DNA of 63,475 nt, counting the filler, from Reclinomonas americana ATCC 50394 (Eukaryota): NCBI GenBank assembly GCA_048213135.1. It is 6 parts of 4 records of this genome, joined end to end, with 100 filler letters (N's around TTAATTAATTAA, not from the genome) between each part and the next. Parts side by side here need not be neighbours in the genome. Positions count along the whole stretch, not along the records: positions 1 to 27,258 come from PS015390.1; positions 27,359 to 40,004 come from PS015391.1; 4 more parts are not named here. One strand, given 5' to 3'. The translations under genes and the position numbers were made by a program. This document shows positions 13,435 through 28,422 of the stretch, in pieces; position 1 is the stretch's first letter; every line of letters begins with the position of its first letter. The notes under the pieces are model-generated. The model was not told where the DNA came from. It ran no database searches and saw nothing but the letters and a program-made list of their open reading frames with translations.

Positions 13435-14316
13435 ATGACCGAACATGGCAAACGCCTTCTCGCTAGGCTCCATGAGTGCATGAACTCCATCCCGCGCAAA
13501 ACCTTCCGCAACTACGCGTGGGTGTGGGCCAAGTTCCAGTGCTTTGTGAGCGCAAACATGGTCATTCGCGGTGCGACAACTCCCCCACTCTCTCCTCATC
13601 GCGCGCTGCTCTCTTGCTCACTCCCTCTCACACACGTGTTGGTGCAGACAAGTACGCTGATGACGAAGCTGGTCAAGTGGCCTTCAACAAGCAGTGCGCA
13701 GTGTGCTTGGAGGAGAAGAATTTCGACAAGGCGGCCGCTGCGTTCCTCCTCTCGCGCAGAAAGGCAGACAAGGTCAAGTACTGCACGCTGGTGACTGACC
13801 TCGCGGCCCTCGACTGGTACGCCAAGTATGAGCTCGGTCACACCAAGGTGCGCGCGCGATCAAAGTGCCTCCTCGAGTTGAAGTTGCATGATGTTCCGAC
13901 CAGTCGACCAATGTTTCGTGTCGCGTTAGACGTACAATCTCCGCAAGGGCAAATGCAGAACGGCGATGCGCATTGTGAAGCGCGAGGAGCGCGACGAGTA
14001 CTGGCCGTGGAATGGACCCGGCTTTGACCTCGATTCTGGATATGTGTACATCACAACCGATGGCCAGGAGCGCCCAGTCGCGGCCGGTGACAACTCAGTG
14101 CGAATGTGGTCGACGCCGTGCGGTCACGCTCGACTCGATGTCGACTGCGCGCGCTCGGCCGTGCGTGTCGTGCAGGAGATGATGCGTGAGGCTGTGGAGG
14201 ACGAAGTTGAAGTGGAAGAGCGCTGCCTGCCGGAGATCGTTCTGCGCTGTTTCATCGTCGAGGAGGCGCAACTCGTCGTACATCGATGTCTCGCGGAGTC
14301 ACGGCTGTTTTGGTGA
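13435..14316 (+). CDS. Unknown 3-exon protein ending in a WD40 remnant plus the C-terminal module shared with the two downstream genes
   Basis: Spliced frame MTEHGKRLLARL...YELGHTK|TYNLRKGK...VAAGDNSVRMWSTPCGHARLDVDCARSAVRVVQEMM...RCLPEIVLRCFIVEEAQLVVHRCLAESRLFW*. Confidence 0.65.
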
Positions 14317-14522
14317 TCTTTTGCAAGTGATTTTCCTTTTGGTATCGATATCTGCATGTTTGTTCGGAAATGCGAGTGTATGGAGACAAGAGGGCGGTGC
14401 ACGCACGAGCACGAGGGTCGGTGCACACACGAGCACGAGGGGTGGTGTTTCGTGCTCCTGTCCTCGGGATTATCCAAAGATATCTTTTTTTAATATTCCG
14501 CATTCTCTGCATGACGAACGCC

Positions 14523-15830
14523 ATGACAACGAAGGTGTGTTTGTGCGCGTACATGAGAGAGAGAGGGGGGTGGCGAGGGAGGGAGGGAGGGAGGAGAGAG
14601 AGAGGGACGGAGGTGTATGTGCACGTGTGCGTGTGTAATGTGTGTGTATGTGTGTGTTTGTGTGTGTTTGTGTGTGTTTCGTTTGTGCATGCACGTGTGC
14701 GTGCATGTGCGTGTGTGTGAGAGAGAGAGAGAGAGGTATTTGTGTGCGTGAGTGTTTCCCACCGTGTGTGATCCACGCAGATCTTCGAGGGGCACACTGA
14801 CAGAGTGTGGTCTGTCGCCCTCACCCCCGACGGCCAGTTCGTGGTCAGCGGGAGTGGCGATGGGACTGTGCGAGTGCGGTCACTGGCGAGCGGAGAAGAA
14901 GTTCTTCTGCTGCAGGGTCACACTGGTTCTGTGACTCGTGTCGCCGTCTCTCCCGACGGGCAACACATTGTCAGCAGTAGTGTTGACTCCACGATTCGCG
15001 TGTGGTCACTGACGAGTGGCGAGGAGGTGCGACGATTGGAGGGGCACATTGGGCGAGTGCAGTCGGTCGCCGTCACTCCCGATAGCCAGCACATTGTGAG
15101 TGGTGGTGAGGACAGCACCGTGCGGGTGTGGTTGCTGGCGACGGGGGAGCAGGTGCGACAGTTGGTCGGGCACGCGAGGCAGGTTGGGTCTGTCGCTGTC
15201 ACCCCCGACGGTCAGCACATCGTCAGTGGCAGTATAGACAAGACAGTGCGCGTGTGGTCTGTGGCGAGTGGACGACAAGAGCGACTGCTTAAGGGACACA
15301 CTGGGTGGGTGACTTTCGTTGCCGTCACTCCCGACGGCCAGTTCGTACTGAGCGGGAGCTGGGACACGACAGCGCGAGTGTGGTCGCTGGCAACTGGCGA
15401 AGAAGTACATCGGTGGGAGGGTCACATGGGGTCGGTGCGTTCCGTCGCCCTCGATGGCCAGTGTGTGGTGAGTGCGAGTGACGACGGGAGTGTTGACGTA
15501 TGGTCGCTGGCGAGTGGCAAAGGAGTGAAACTGCTGGAAGGCCGAGCCGGCGGCGTGATGTGTGCCATTGTCACGTCGGACGGTCAACACATCGTGAGCG
15601 GGAATGGCGACGGCTCGGTGCGGGTGTGGTTGACGCCGCGTGGTCTCGCGCGATGCGAACTCTACACTGCGCGGTCGGCCATGCAGGCCGTGCAGGCGAT
15701 GATGCAACTCGAGGAGGACGACGCGGATTCACGCTGCCTGCCGGAGATTGTTCTGCGTTGTTTCATCGTCGAGGATGCAGAAGCCATGGTGCATCGGTAC
15801 CATAGTGACGATTCCTGGCTCTTCTGGTGA
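14523..15830 (+). CDS. 7-blade WD40 protein with conserved C-terminal LPEIVLRCFIVE module
   Basis: Exon 1 MTTK (14523-14534), exon 2 14781-15830. GH repeats at 14790, 14916, 15042, 15168, 15294 and 15420 give a 126-bp period. Confidence 0.92.
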
Positions 15831-16082
15831 TGCATGGTGTTCTTTGGCGAGGCCTCTTTGTCTCTCTCGCTGCCTTGCACAACTAAATACGTCTCTGATA
15901 AAGATTGCTTTTCTTCTTTTTGGTATTTGCTCCTTTGCCGACTTCGGGCCGAGAGCTGCGAGGACCGAGTCACGCAAACAGCGCAGGCAAAGCATCGCGA
16001 AGCGGAAGACTGAGTTCCATCGGATGAATCAAGATTCACTTCACTCGTATCGCTCCCCACACTCGCGCACGCAATGAACGGC

Positions 16083-17215
16083 ATGTCAACAAAGGTGATG
16101 GCTGTGTGTGTACTCGTTCGTGTGCGTATGTGTGCGCGCGTGTCGCTCACCCAACGCAGGTCTTGAAGGGACACAATGGCGCCGTGTGGTCCGTTGCTGT
16201 CACTCCCGATGGTCAGCACGTTGTGAGCGGTGGCGATGACTGCACAGTGCGTGTATGGTCACTTTTGAGTGGAGAAGAAGTGCGACGGTTGGAAGGACAC
16301 GCTGACGGAGTGAACTCTGTTGCCATTTCTCGCGATGGCCAGCACATCGTGAGCGGGAGCGACGACATGTCAGTGAGTGTGTGGTCACTGGCAAGTGGCG
16401 AGGAGGTGCGACTGCTGAATGGCCACGCGTTATGGGTGATGTCTGTCGCTGTGACTCCCGACGGCCAGCACGTTGTTAGTTGCAGTTGGGATAACACTGT
16501 GCGAGTGTGGGCACTGGCGAGTGGGGATGAAGTGCGTCGATTGGAAAGTGATTCCACTCGCGTCGTACAGGCAATCGCCGTCACTCCAGATAGTCAGTAC
16601 GTTGTCAGTGGGAGTGGGGACAACACCGTGCGAGTGTGGTCGTTGGTGAGTGGAGAAGTAGAACGACAGCTGACGGGACACACTAATGAGGTGTTGTGTG
16701 TCACTGTCACTCCCGATGGCGAGCATGTAGTGAGTGGGAGCGAAGACCGCACAGTCCGAGTGTGGCCGCTAGCGAGTGGAGACGAGGTGCGACGGTTGGA
16801 GGGACACACTGCGGCGGTGAAGGCCGTCGCCGTCACTCCCGACGGTCATCGCATCGTCAGCGGCAGTCGCGACGAGACTGTGCGAGTGTGGTCACTGGCG
16901 ACTGGCGAGCAAGTGTGCCGGCTGGAGGGACGGAGTGGGCGGGTGCAATGTGTGGCCGTCACTCCCGATGGTCAGCAAATAGTGAGTGGGAATAGTGACG
17001 GCACGGTGCGAGTGTGGTTGACACCGGTCGGTCTTGCGCGATGCGAACTGCACAGTGCGCTGTCGGCCATGCAGACCGTGCAGGAGATGATGCAGCTCGA
17101 GGAGGACGAAGTGGAAGCACGCTGCCTGCCGGAGATCGTTCTGCGTTGCTTCATTGTCGAGGATGCGGAAGTCGTGGTGCATCGCTGTGTTGCGGACCCT
17201 GGGCTGGGCTGGTGA
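16083..17215 (+). CDS. 7-blade WD40 protein with conserved C-terminal LPEIVLRCFIVE module (tandem paralog)
   Basis: Exon 1 MSTK (16083-16094), exon 2 16160-17215. Same intron position and architecture as the upstream paralog. Confidence 0.92.
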
Positions 17216-17897
17216 TGCGCAGCGTGGCGTCCTTTGTCGAGGCCTTTTTCTCTATTTCGCTGCACGTGTTTCTTGTTTCTCGACTCTCCTCGCTATGTAT
17301 GTCGAGCCATTTTTTGTGTGTCGCAACTCACGCCTTCGAAGCGGCATTGATATCAATTGCACGCCTTGCGTTGGTATATGTTGTTTACACCTACATGCGT
17401 TGCCACCTCATCAAGACAGCTGTTGCTTGTTTGATGGTGAATGAATTGTTGTTGTTGTTGTTGTTGGTGCTCGGAAATGGTTCGTCACAAGCTGTGACAC
17501 CATTAGACTTTTGTTCATTCTACTGGCACTGATAATCGACTGCAAGTTTCCCGGCTTCGACGGATTTCCTCTCGACTCCAGGCACCCGACCATCTGACGT
17601 CTCCTTTCCTGTCAAGATTCAACGACGATGGTGTTCTTGTAGCTGTTGTTGTTGAATTCGAAAACCAGCAATTTGGATTTTTCTTCAATTGTTTGTGCAT
17701 TCCTGCTCGTAACTGCTCTCTTGACGATGATCATGAAGCTGTAGTGCTGTTTGTCGATTACCAGAAGGCGCCACACCACAGCCCTCCCTGCTTCCGCTGC
17801 CTGCAATCCGAAACAAAATCCATTCATCCATTGACGTCGCGCGTCCCAATGCACCAATCCAATTTGTCCCCGACGTCGTTCGTGTTTCCGCTCGTCA

Positions 17898-21808
<3,911 letters not shown>

Positions 21809-22321
21809 NNNNNNNNNNNNNNNNNNNNNNNNNNNNNNNNNNNNNNNNNNNNNNNNNNNNNNNNNNNNNNNNNNNNNNNNNNNNNNNNNNNNNNNNNNNN
21901 NNNNNNNNNNNNNNNNNNNNNNNNNNNNNNNNNNNNNNNNNNNNNNNNNNNNNNNNNNNNNNNNNNNNNNNNNNNNNNNNNNNNNNNNNNNNNNNNNNNN
22001 NNNNNNNNNNNNNNNNNNNNNNNNNNNNNNNNNNNNNNNNNNNNNNNNNNNNNNNNNNNNNNNNNNNNNNNNNNNNNNNNNNNNNNNNNNNNNNNNNNNN
22101 NNNNNNNNNNNNNNNNNNNNNNNNNNNNNNNNNNNNNNNNNNNNNNNNNNNNNNNNNNNNNNNNNNNNNNNNNNNNNNNNNNNNNNNNNNNNNNNNNNNN
22201 NNNNNNNNNNNNNNNNNNNNNNNNNNNNNNNNNNNNNNNNNNNNNNNNNNNNNNNNNNNNNNNNNNNNNNNNNNNNNNNNNNNNNNNNNNNNNNNNNGTG
22301 CCCCGATCCTTGGCCCCTCAC

Positions 22322-23150
22322 CTGCGCATTGATGGCGTCGCGATGAGCGAGAATCTCGTCGAGCTCCGACTGGCCGACGACGCTGCGCAGCGTGGTCTGC
22401 GCCAGCAGATCGGTGGCCACCGAGGCATTCTCGACCGCCATGACGGACTTGATGGGGTCGGCCACGTAGTGCATCACCACGGCGTCCACTCGCACCGACA
22501 CGTTGTCCTTGGTGATGCCCTCTTGGTGCGCTATGGTGAGACTCACCTGTCGTGCACGCGAGTCAGAGTGGCGTTCCTGCACAGCGCATACTTGATCTAC
22601 GTACGCACCAGACGCAGATCGACAATCACTGTGCGTGCATGAGTGAGTGCCACGGGAAGAGGGGGGGGGGAGAGGGAGGGACAAAGAGACAACGCACGAC
22701 ACTTGTCAAGGCACGGCATCACGAGGATCAATCCGGGCCCTTTGGCACTGCGAGCTCCCAGTGAGAGGAGATTGAGGAGTAAGCAGAGGCGCATCCTGTT
22801 GCCCCCAGAGACAGACCCCACAAGTCGGCCGAGGCGGAACAAGACAGCACGCTCGTACTCGCGGACCATGCGGATCTGTGCATTCTGTGTGGTCATTGCA
22901 CTGCTGCGGTGCCTCCGCACATGCATGGCACACTCACCTGACACGGCCACATGCACAGAAGCGACAGCAGGCTGCAGATCCACAAAACGACTGTGCATAC
23001 ATCCGAGCACAGGCCGCCGCGATCGCGTATGAGGGCCGGAGACAGCAGCTGTGTGATCGCGTGAGAAGAGCGAGATGGGAGCACAGAGAGAGAGAGAGAG
23101 AGGCTCACCGGTGTGCGTTCCTGCACACTGCCGCCTCCACCGCGGAGCAT
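22322..23150 (-). CDS. Stomatin/band-7 (SPFH) protein A, N-terminal half, on a probably inverted contig
   Basis: [34 protein letters not shown]...IVDLR...QEGITKDNVSVRVDAVV...[28 protein letters not shown]. Confidence 0.9.
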
Positions 23151-23257
23151 ATCACGCACGACAATGAATCGGAGAAACAAGAAACAAAGCTCAAATTTCA
23201 CGGTCGCCAGCTGGCGTACTATATTCACTTGGGGGGCGACAGCAGCGCGGTGGAGAG

Positions 23258-23458
23258 TCAATTGAAGAACATGTCGGGCTCGTAGAGCTCCTGGCCTGTC
23301 GGATAGGAAGCCGGCGGTGCGCCGTAGCGACCATTGTAGGCAGCAGCTGCCGCAGCGGCAGGACCAGCTGCGGCTGATGATGACGATGATGACGAAGAAG
23401 ATGGTGGTGGTGGCGGTGGAGGTGGAGGTGGTGGTGGTGGTGCTGCATGCTGCATGGT
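23258..23458 (-). CDS. Pro/Ser/Ala-rich terminal exon, most likely the end of the CID protein gene (inverted contig)
   Basis: MQHAAPPPP...YNGRYGAPPASYPTGQELYEPDMFFN*. Flipping 22298-23458 places it directly after the + exon truncated at 21808. Confidence 0.6.
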   Translation of the reverse strand, partial: TMQHAAPPPPPPPPPPPPPSSSSSSSSSAAAGPAAAAAAAYNGRYGAPPASYPTGQELYEPDMFFN

Positions 23459-23515
23459 NNNNNNNNNNNNNNNNNNNNACCCATGTTCATGTGGTTGACG
23501 TGCTTGTGCTTCCAG

Positions 23516-23979
23516 CTGCAAAGAATACTGGACGAGGAGAGCGAGCCGTGGGGCGTGCGGGTGACTGCAGTGGAGATCCGAGATCTGCAGGTCCCGCAAA
23601 ACATGGTGCGTTCCCTGGCCTCGCAGGCCGAGGCGGAACGTCATCGGCGAGCGCGAATCATCAGCGCCGACGCCGAGTTGCAGGTGAGAGGGAGCGATGA
23701 TCACTCGTGAGGTGCGCACATTCGATTACTGAGCGTAGTGTGTGCGGCAGGCGGCACCGAGGCTTCGCGAGGCTGCCGACATTCTCGCCATGACACCTGG
23801 CGCCACGGATCTCCGCCTCCTGCAGACCTTGGCGCAAGTGGGCGAGGAGCGCAGCCGAGTCAACGTGATTCCACTGGTAGGCCAGAGTTCGTTGTGCCCT
23901 CTCTTACCCTGTTTTGAAATACTCACTTGTGCGTTGCATGCAGCCACTGGAATTCGCGACCATGCTTGCCGCAAGTTAA
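23516..23979 (+). CDS. Stomatin/band-7 protein A, C-terminal half
   Basis: [68 protein letters not shown]...LRLLQTL...IPL|PLEFATMLAAS*. It continues exactly where the 22322 exon stops. Confidence 0.9.
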
Positions 23980-24099
23980 TGAACGCCGACTCTAAACGAG
24001 GGGAGAAAGCAAGCACAAAGGCGCCGACTGTATCATTCACTCAACACCACAGCCATTGCCACTCAAACACAAAGAAGAAGAAGAACAAGAACAAGACCA

Positions 24100-27054
24100 T
24101 CACAAATTAACTTGACGAGGACCGTGCATCATCGCACCAGCCGCCGCACTGTGTCCACCGGCCGTGGCACCACCACTCAGCATCGGCGTGCCGCCAGGAA
24201 TCAACGCCGAGAGCTGCACCGGAAGCGGGAACCAGATGGTGCTGGGACCTGCGTATGTGGATGCAAAGTGAGCGAATCAACTCGCGCAGCCTCTTGTGCG
24301 CTCTCTTCTCTCTCGAGTCTCGCTGTGTTCTCTCGTTCTCTGTCTCCCAGGCACGTGTGCACGTTACTCTTCTCTTTGTTGCACACCCTCACTCTCCCAC
24401 TGCTTTGTTGCACATGTTATTCACAGACTGTGCACCTCGCAATCCGCTCTCCTCTCTCTTCTCACGAGCGCTCCATGTGCACAACACCGGTCTCTCTTGC
24501 TCTCTCTGTATGACTCCGCAGTCGCACTTCCCACTCCCCTCTCCCCTTCTCTTCCTTCGTAAACTAATACGCACCATCAGTGGCAATCTCCGACACCGTC
24601 TGCATGTAGCGCAGCTGCATTGCCGCTGGATTTCCGCTCATCACCTCAGCCGCCTCGCGAACTGTTTTTTTCACAGGTATCAGCATGACCCTCCTCTCTC
24701 TCAAGCACCGCCAACGAGGCAACGCAACTGCGTGTGGCCGCCTGATACTCGCCGTCGGCATTGACGACCTTGGCACGGCGATCACGCTCGGCCTCGGCCT
24801 GGCTGGCCATGGCACGCTGCAAGCTTTGCGGCAATACCACATCCTTCACCTCCACGCCCGTGATGCGCACACCCCAGTCGGCCGAGTCCTTGTCGAGAAT
24901 GTCGCGAATCTTGGTGTTGATCACGTCACGCTGCGACAGCAGCACGTCGAGCTCCACTTGGCCAATGACCGAACGCAGGGTGGTCTGTGCGATCAGCTGC
25001 GTGGCGCGATCGTAGCCGTTGACGTTGCAGATCTGCGAGGGGCGCAAGGGTGGGTGATGGGAAGGAGGAGGGAGAGTGGGGAAGGGGAAGGGGGAAGGGG
25101 GAAGGGAGATGAGAAAAGGTTCTTCAGCAGCAAGAGAGGCAAAGAGAAGGGGAACAAAGTCGCCGTGATTCGAGATCTTGCAAACGATGAGAGTGAATCA
25201 AGAAGAGAGCGAAACAAAGAAATGGGAATGAGAGCACACAAAGCCGCTCTGATTCGAGCATTCGCACACCAGCGATGAGTGTGAACAGAAGATGAGGAGA
25301 AACAAAGAAACTAAACAGATTTCCTTAAGTTCTCCTGCTCGAGGAAAGCAAAAAAACATACGAATAGAATGAGAGCACACGAGGCCGCTTTGTATCGAGT
25401 TCTTGTGCAGCAGACATGAGTGTGAACAAAGAAAAAGTGATGCGGAAATGGAGAGAAACAAGAAGCAAATCGGCTTTGAGGAGAGGATAGAAAAGGCATT
25501 GAGAACGGAAAAGGAACGTGTTACGAGAGGTGAAGGGAAAGAGTGCACTTCTCCGCCAGTTCAACGCACCGCCTGCTCCGGGTTGACGACCTTGTAGAAG
25601 ACGACAGCATCGACCTGCACCAGCACACTATCGCGGGTCATGGACTCCTGGTTCGGCACACGGAACGAGCGCGTGCGCAGATCCACGACAACTACACAAC
25701 GCGGAGGTGAGCAGGCTTCATGGCGTCGACCGCGGCACAGAGACAGAAGCGCAACTCATGGAGTCAATGCACGGCAGCAGCACAAACAGTCCGGGGCCCT
25801 TGCAGCCGAGGAAGCGTCCAAAGCGGAAAATCACACCGCGCTCGTACTCGGATACGACGCGGATGAAGCACGGCCACAGGCACAGGAACCACATGAAGCT
25901 CATCATGTACAGGCAGCACGTGCAGAAAGCAGTGCAGCAGCCGGCGGGCTGTCGCACGAGGGAGAAGGGAGGAGGATGTAAGGGGAAGGCGGAGGGAGAA
26001 GCGGATACAGGGACGGGAATGAGGAGGGGAGAGAAGCCTGGAGAGAAGAGAACGAAGGGATGGGACGACAGGAGAAAGGATGCTGGAAAGACAGAGAATG
26101 CAGACGGAGGACTGGTGAGAGAGAATGGACGAGATGGAAGGCGAGACGTGAGAAAGAAGCAGTGGGTAGAACGAGGAGAGAGAGAGAAGGAGAGGAGGGG
26201 GAGAGTGCAAGGGACAGAGATCGGAGAGATGGGAAGAACGAGAGAGGAAGAAGAGAGAATGAACAGGTGCTCGGAACGGGGAGAGAGAGAGAGAGAGAGA
26301 GAGAGGAGGAGAGAGAGGAGGAGTCGACGNNNNNNNNNNNNNNNNNNNNNNNNNNNNNNNNNNNNNNNNNNNNNNNNNNNNNNNNNNNNNNNNNNNNNNN
26401 NNNNNNNNNNNNNNNNNNNNNNNNNNNNNNNNNNNNNNNNNNNNNNNNNNNNNNNNNNNNNNNNNNNNNNNNNNNNNNNNNNNNNNNNNNNNNNNNNNNN
26501 NNNNNNNNNNNNNNNNNNNNNNNNNNNNNNNNNNNNNNNNNNNNNNNNNNNNNNNNNNNNNNNNNNNNNNNNNNNNNNNNNNNNNNNNNNNNNNNNNNNN
26601 NNNNNNNNNNNNNNNNNNNNNNNNNNNNNNNNNNNNNNNNNNNNNNNNNNNNNNNNNNNNNNNNNNNNNNNNNNNNNNNNNNNNNNNNNNNNNNNNNNNN
26701 NNNNNNNNNNNNNNNNNNNNNNNNNNNNNNNNNNNNNNNNNNNNNNNNNTGTGGGGAAGGGCTTGATGGAGAGAGAGACAAGAACGAGAGAGGATGGAGA
26801 GAATGATCACTTGCATTTATCCCGACGAAGACAGCACTCTCTCCATCGCCTCAAAGCACCATCCTCCGTGCATCCTCCCTCCCATGCTCTCTTCTCCCTC
26901 TGTGTGTGTGCATGTGTGTGTGTGAGAGAGAGAGTGCACTCACCGGGGCCTTCGGAACTTCTCGCCGCACGTGGCCCACCGCCAGCCCCGCATGCTCCGA
27001 CGAATCCGCGCTCCCTCCCGCGCCTCGCAACGGCTCATCAACGTTGAGCGACAT
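24100..27054 (-). CDS. Stomatin/band-7 (SPFH) protein B
   Basis: [35 protein letters not shown]...[14 protein letters not shown]...[36 protein letters not shown]...AMQLRYMQT...STIWFPLP. The first exon is tentative because of a gap. Confidence 0.9.
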
Positions 27055-27302
27055 ACCACAAACACTCAACAAACACAAACAAAGAGAAAGAGGTGCGTCC
27101 GCCTCTGATCTGATGCACTTTGCTAAATTTGAATGCGAAGATTGCATTGATCATGATTCGCTGTTTGTTTGTGTTGTTGCTTTCAGTGATGCAGCGCGCT
27201 CGTCAGGGTGTTGGTGTCAGCGGCTCTGATGTGGACCCTGACCGCAGTCCGGTGTGTGNNNNNNNNNNNNNNNNNNNNNNNNNNNNNNNNNNNNNNNNNN
27301 NN

Positions 27303-27314
27303 TTAATTAATTAA
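27303..27314. other. Artificial scaffold spacer TTAATTAATTAA (also at 40049, 44793, 55207 and 61215)
   Basis: Identical all-frame stop linker, each copy embedded in equal-length N runs. Confidence 0.97.
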
Positions 27315-27366
27315 NNNNNNNNNNNNNNNNNNNNNNNNNNNNNNNNNNNNNNNNNNNNGGCGATAG

Positions 27367-28279
27367 ATTCTGGCATGTGTCGGCGATCTGAAGGCGTCGC
27401 CACTTGGCATTTTGCTGCTCATTCTTAGCGCGCTGTTCTCGGCCGTGAAGGTCACTCTCTCCAACAAGTTCCTGACCGAGCTGAAGGTGCACCCGGTGGT
27501 GCTGCTGGGACACTTGTCGCCGCATGCGGCCTGGCAGATTCTCGTGCTGTCGCTGCTCAGCGGCGAGCTGTTTGTCGCCTGGAACGACATCTGCCAGATT
27601 GTGCGCTCGTACAGCTATGTGGTGGTGATGGTGACGGCGTTCTTCGCCTTCTTCCTCAACATTTGCAATTTCTACACCAACAAAACCACCTCGCCGCTGA
27701 CGCTGACGGTCGCCGGCAACGTCAAGCAAGTGGTGTCGATCGTGCTGGCCGTCTTCATCTTTGAGGGGCCGATCAACCAGCTCAAGACCATCGGCANNNN
27801 NNNNNNNNNNNNNNNNNNNNNNNNNNNNNNNNNNNNNNNNNNNNNNNNNNNNNNNNNNNNNNNNNNNNNNNNNNNNNNNNNNNNNNNNNNNNNNNNNNNN
27901 NNNNNNNNNNNNNNNNNNNNNNNNNNNNNNNNNNNNNNTTTGCATCACCATTGTCGGCTCCATCATCTACTCGGGTGCGGACGATGTACCGATCGTCGAT
28001 TTTTTTTTTGGTGACTGACTGTTTGCGTGTCACGCAGTGGTCGAGTACAACGAAGGCAAGGCGCGCACAAACGCCGCCAGCAGTTCTGCCAACGGTAACT
28101 CCTCCTCGTCTTCAACCTCGTCTTCGATCAACGGCGATCCGGAGGCCGCGATGCGTGGCGGCGGCAGTCGCGAGAGATTAGCAGACCTCGACGACGGCCA
28201 GTCGCCAACCATGGGCGTACGCGGTCGACGAAATGCGGGAGGCACAGCTGCTGCTGGTGGTGGAGGCGCACCCACATGA
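27367..28279 (+). CDS. Triose-phosphate/nucleotide-sugar transporter family protein (DMT fold), 5' partial
   Basis: Multiple TM segments with FFLNICNFYTNKTTSPLTLTVAGNVKQVVSIVLAVFIF...CITIVGSIIYS. Confidence 0.85.
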
Positions 28280-28422
28280 GCAAAGTGAAACTGTGGATTC
28301 ACAAAGCGACAAGCAGAAGCTGCAGTTCCATCCACGAAGCAGAGTTGTCCTTGTCCGTCCATATAGCAGAAGTCGGAGGTGGATCTTTGCGCGCGCATTC
28401 ATCGACCTTTGCCTTGTCTCCC

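Noticed and set aside
14781..17020. 126-bp periodic repeats as a CRISPR-like or non-coding array
   Set aside because: They are in-frame WD40 coding repeats with no repeat-spacer structure.
27259..27358. Repeated TTAATTAATTAA motif (five copies in the window) as a biological element
   Set aside because: Always centred in equal N runs and encodes stops in all frames, so it is an artificial scaffold linker.
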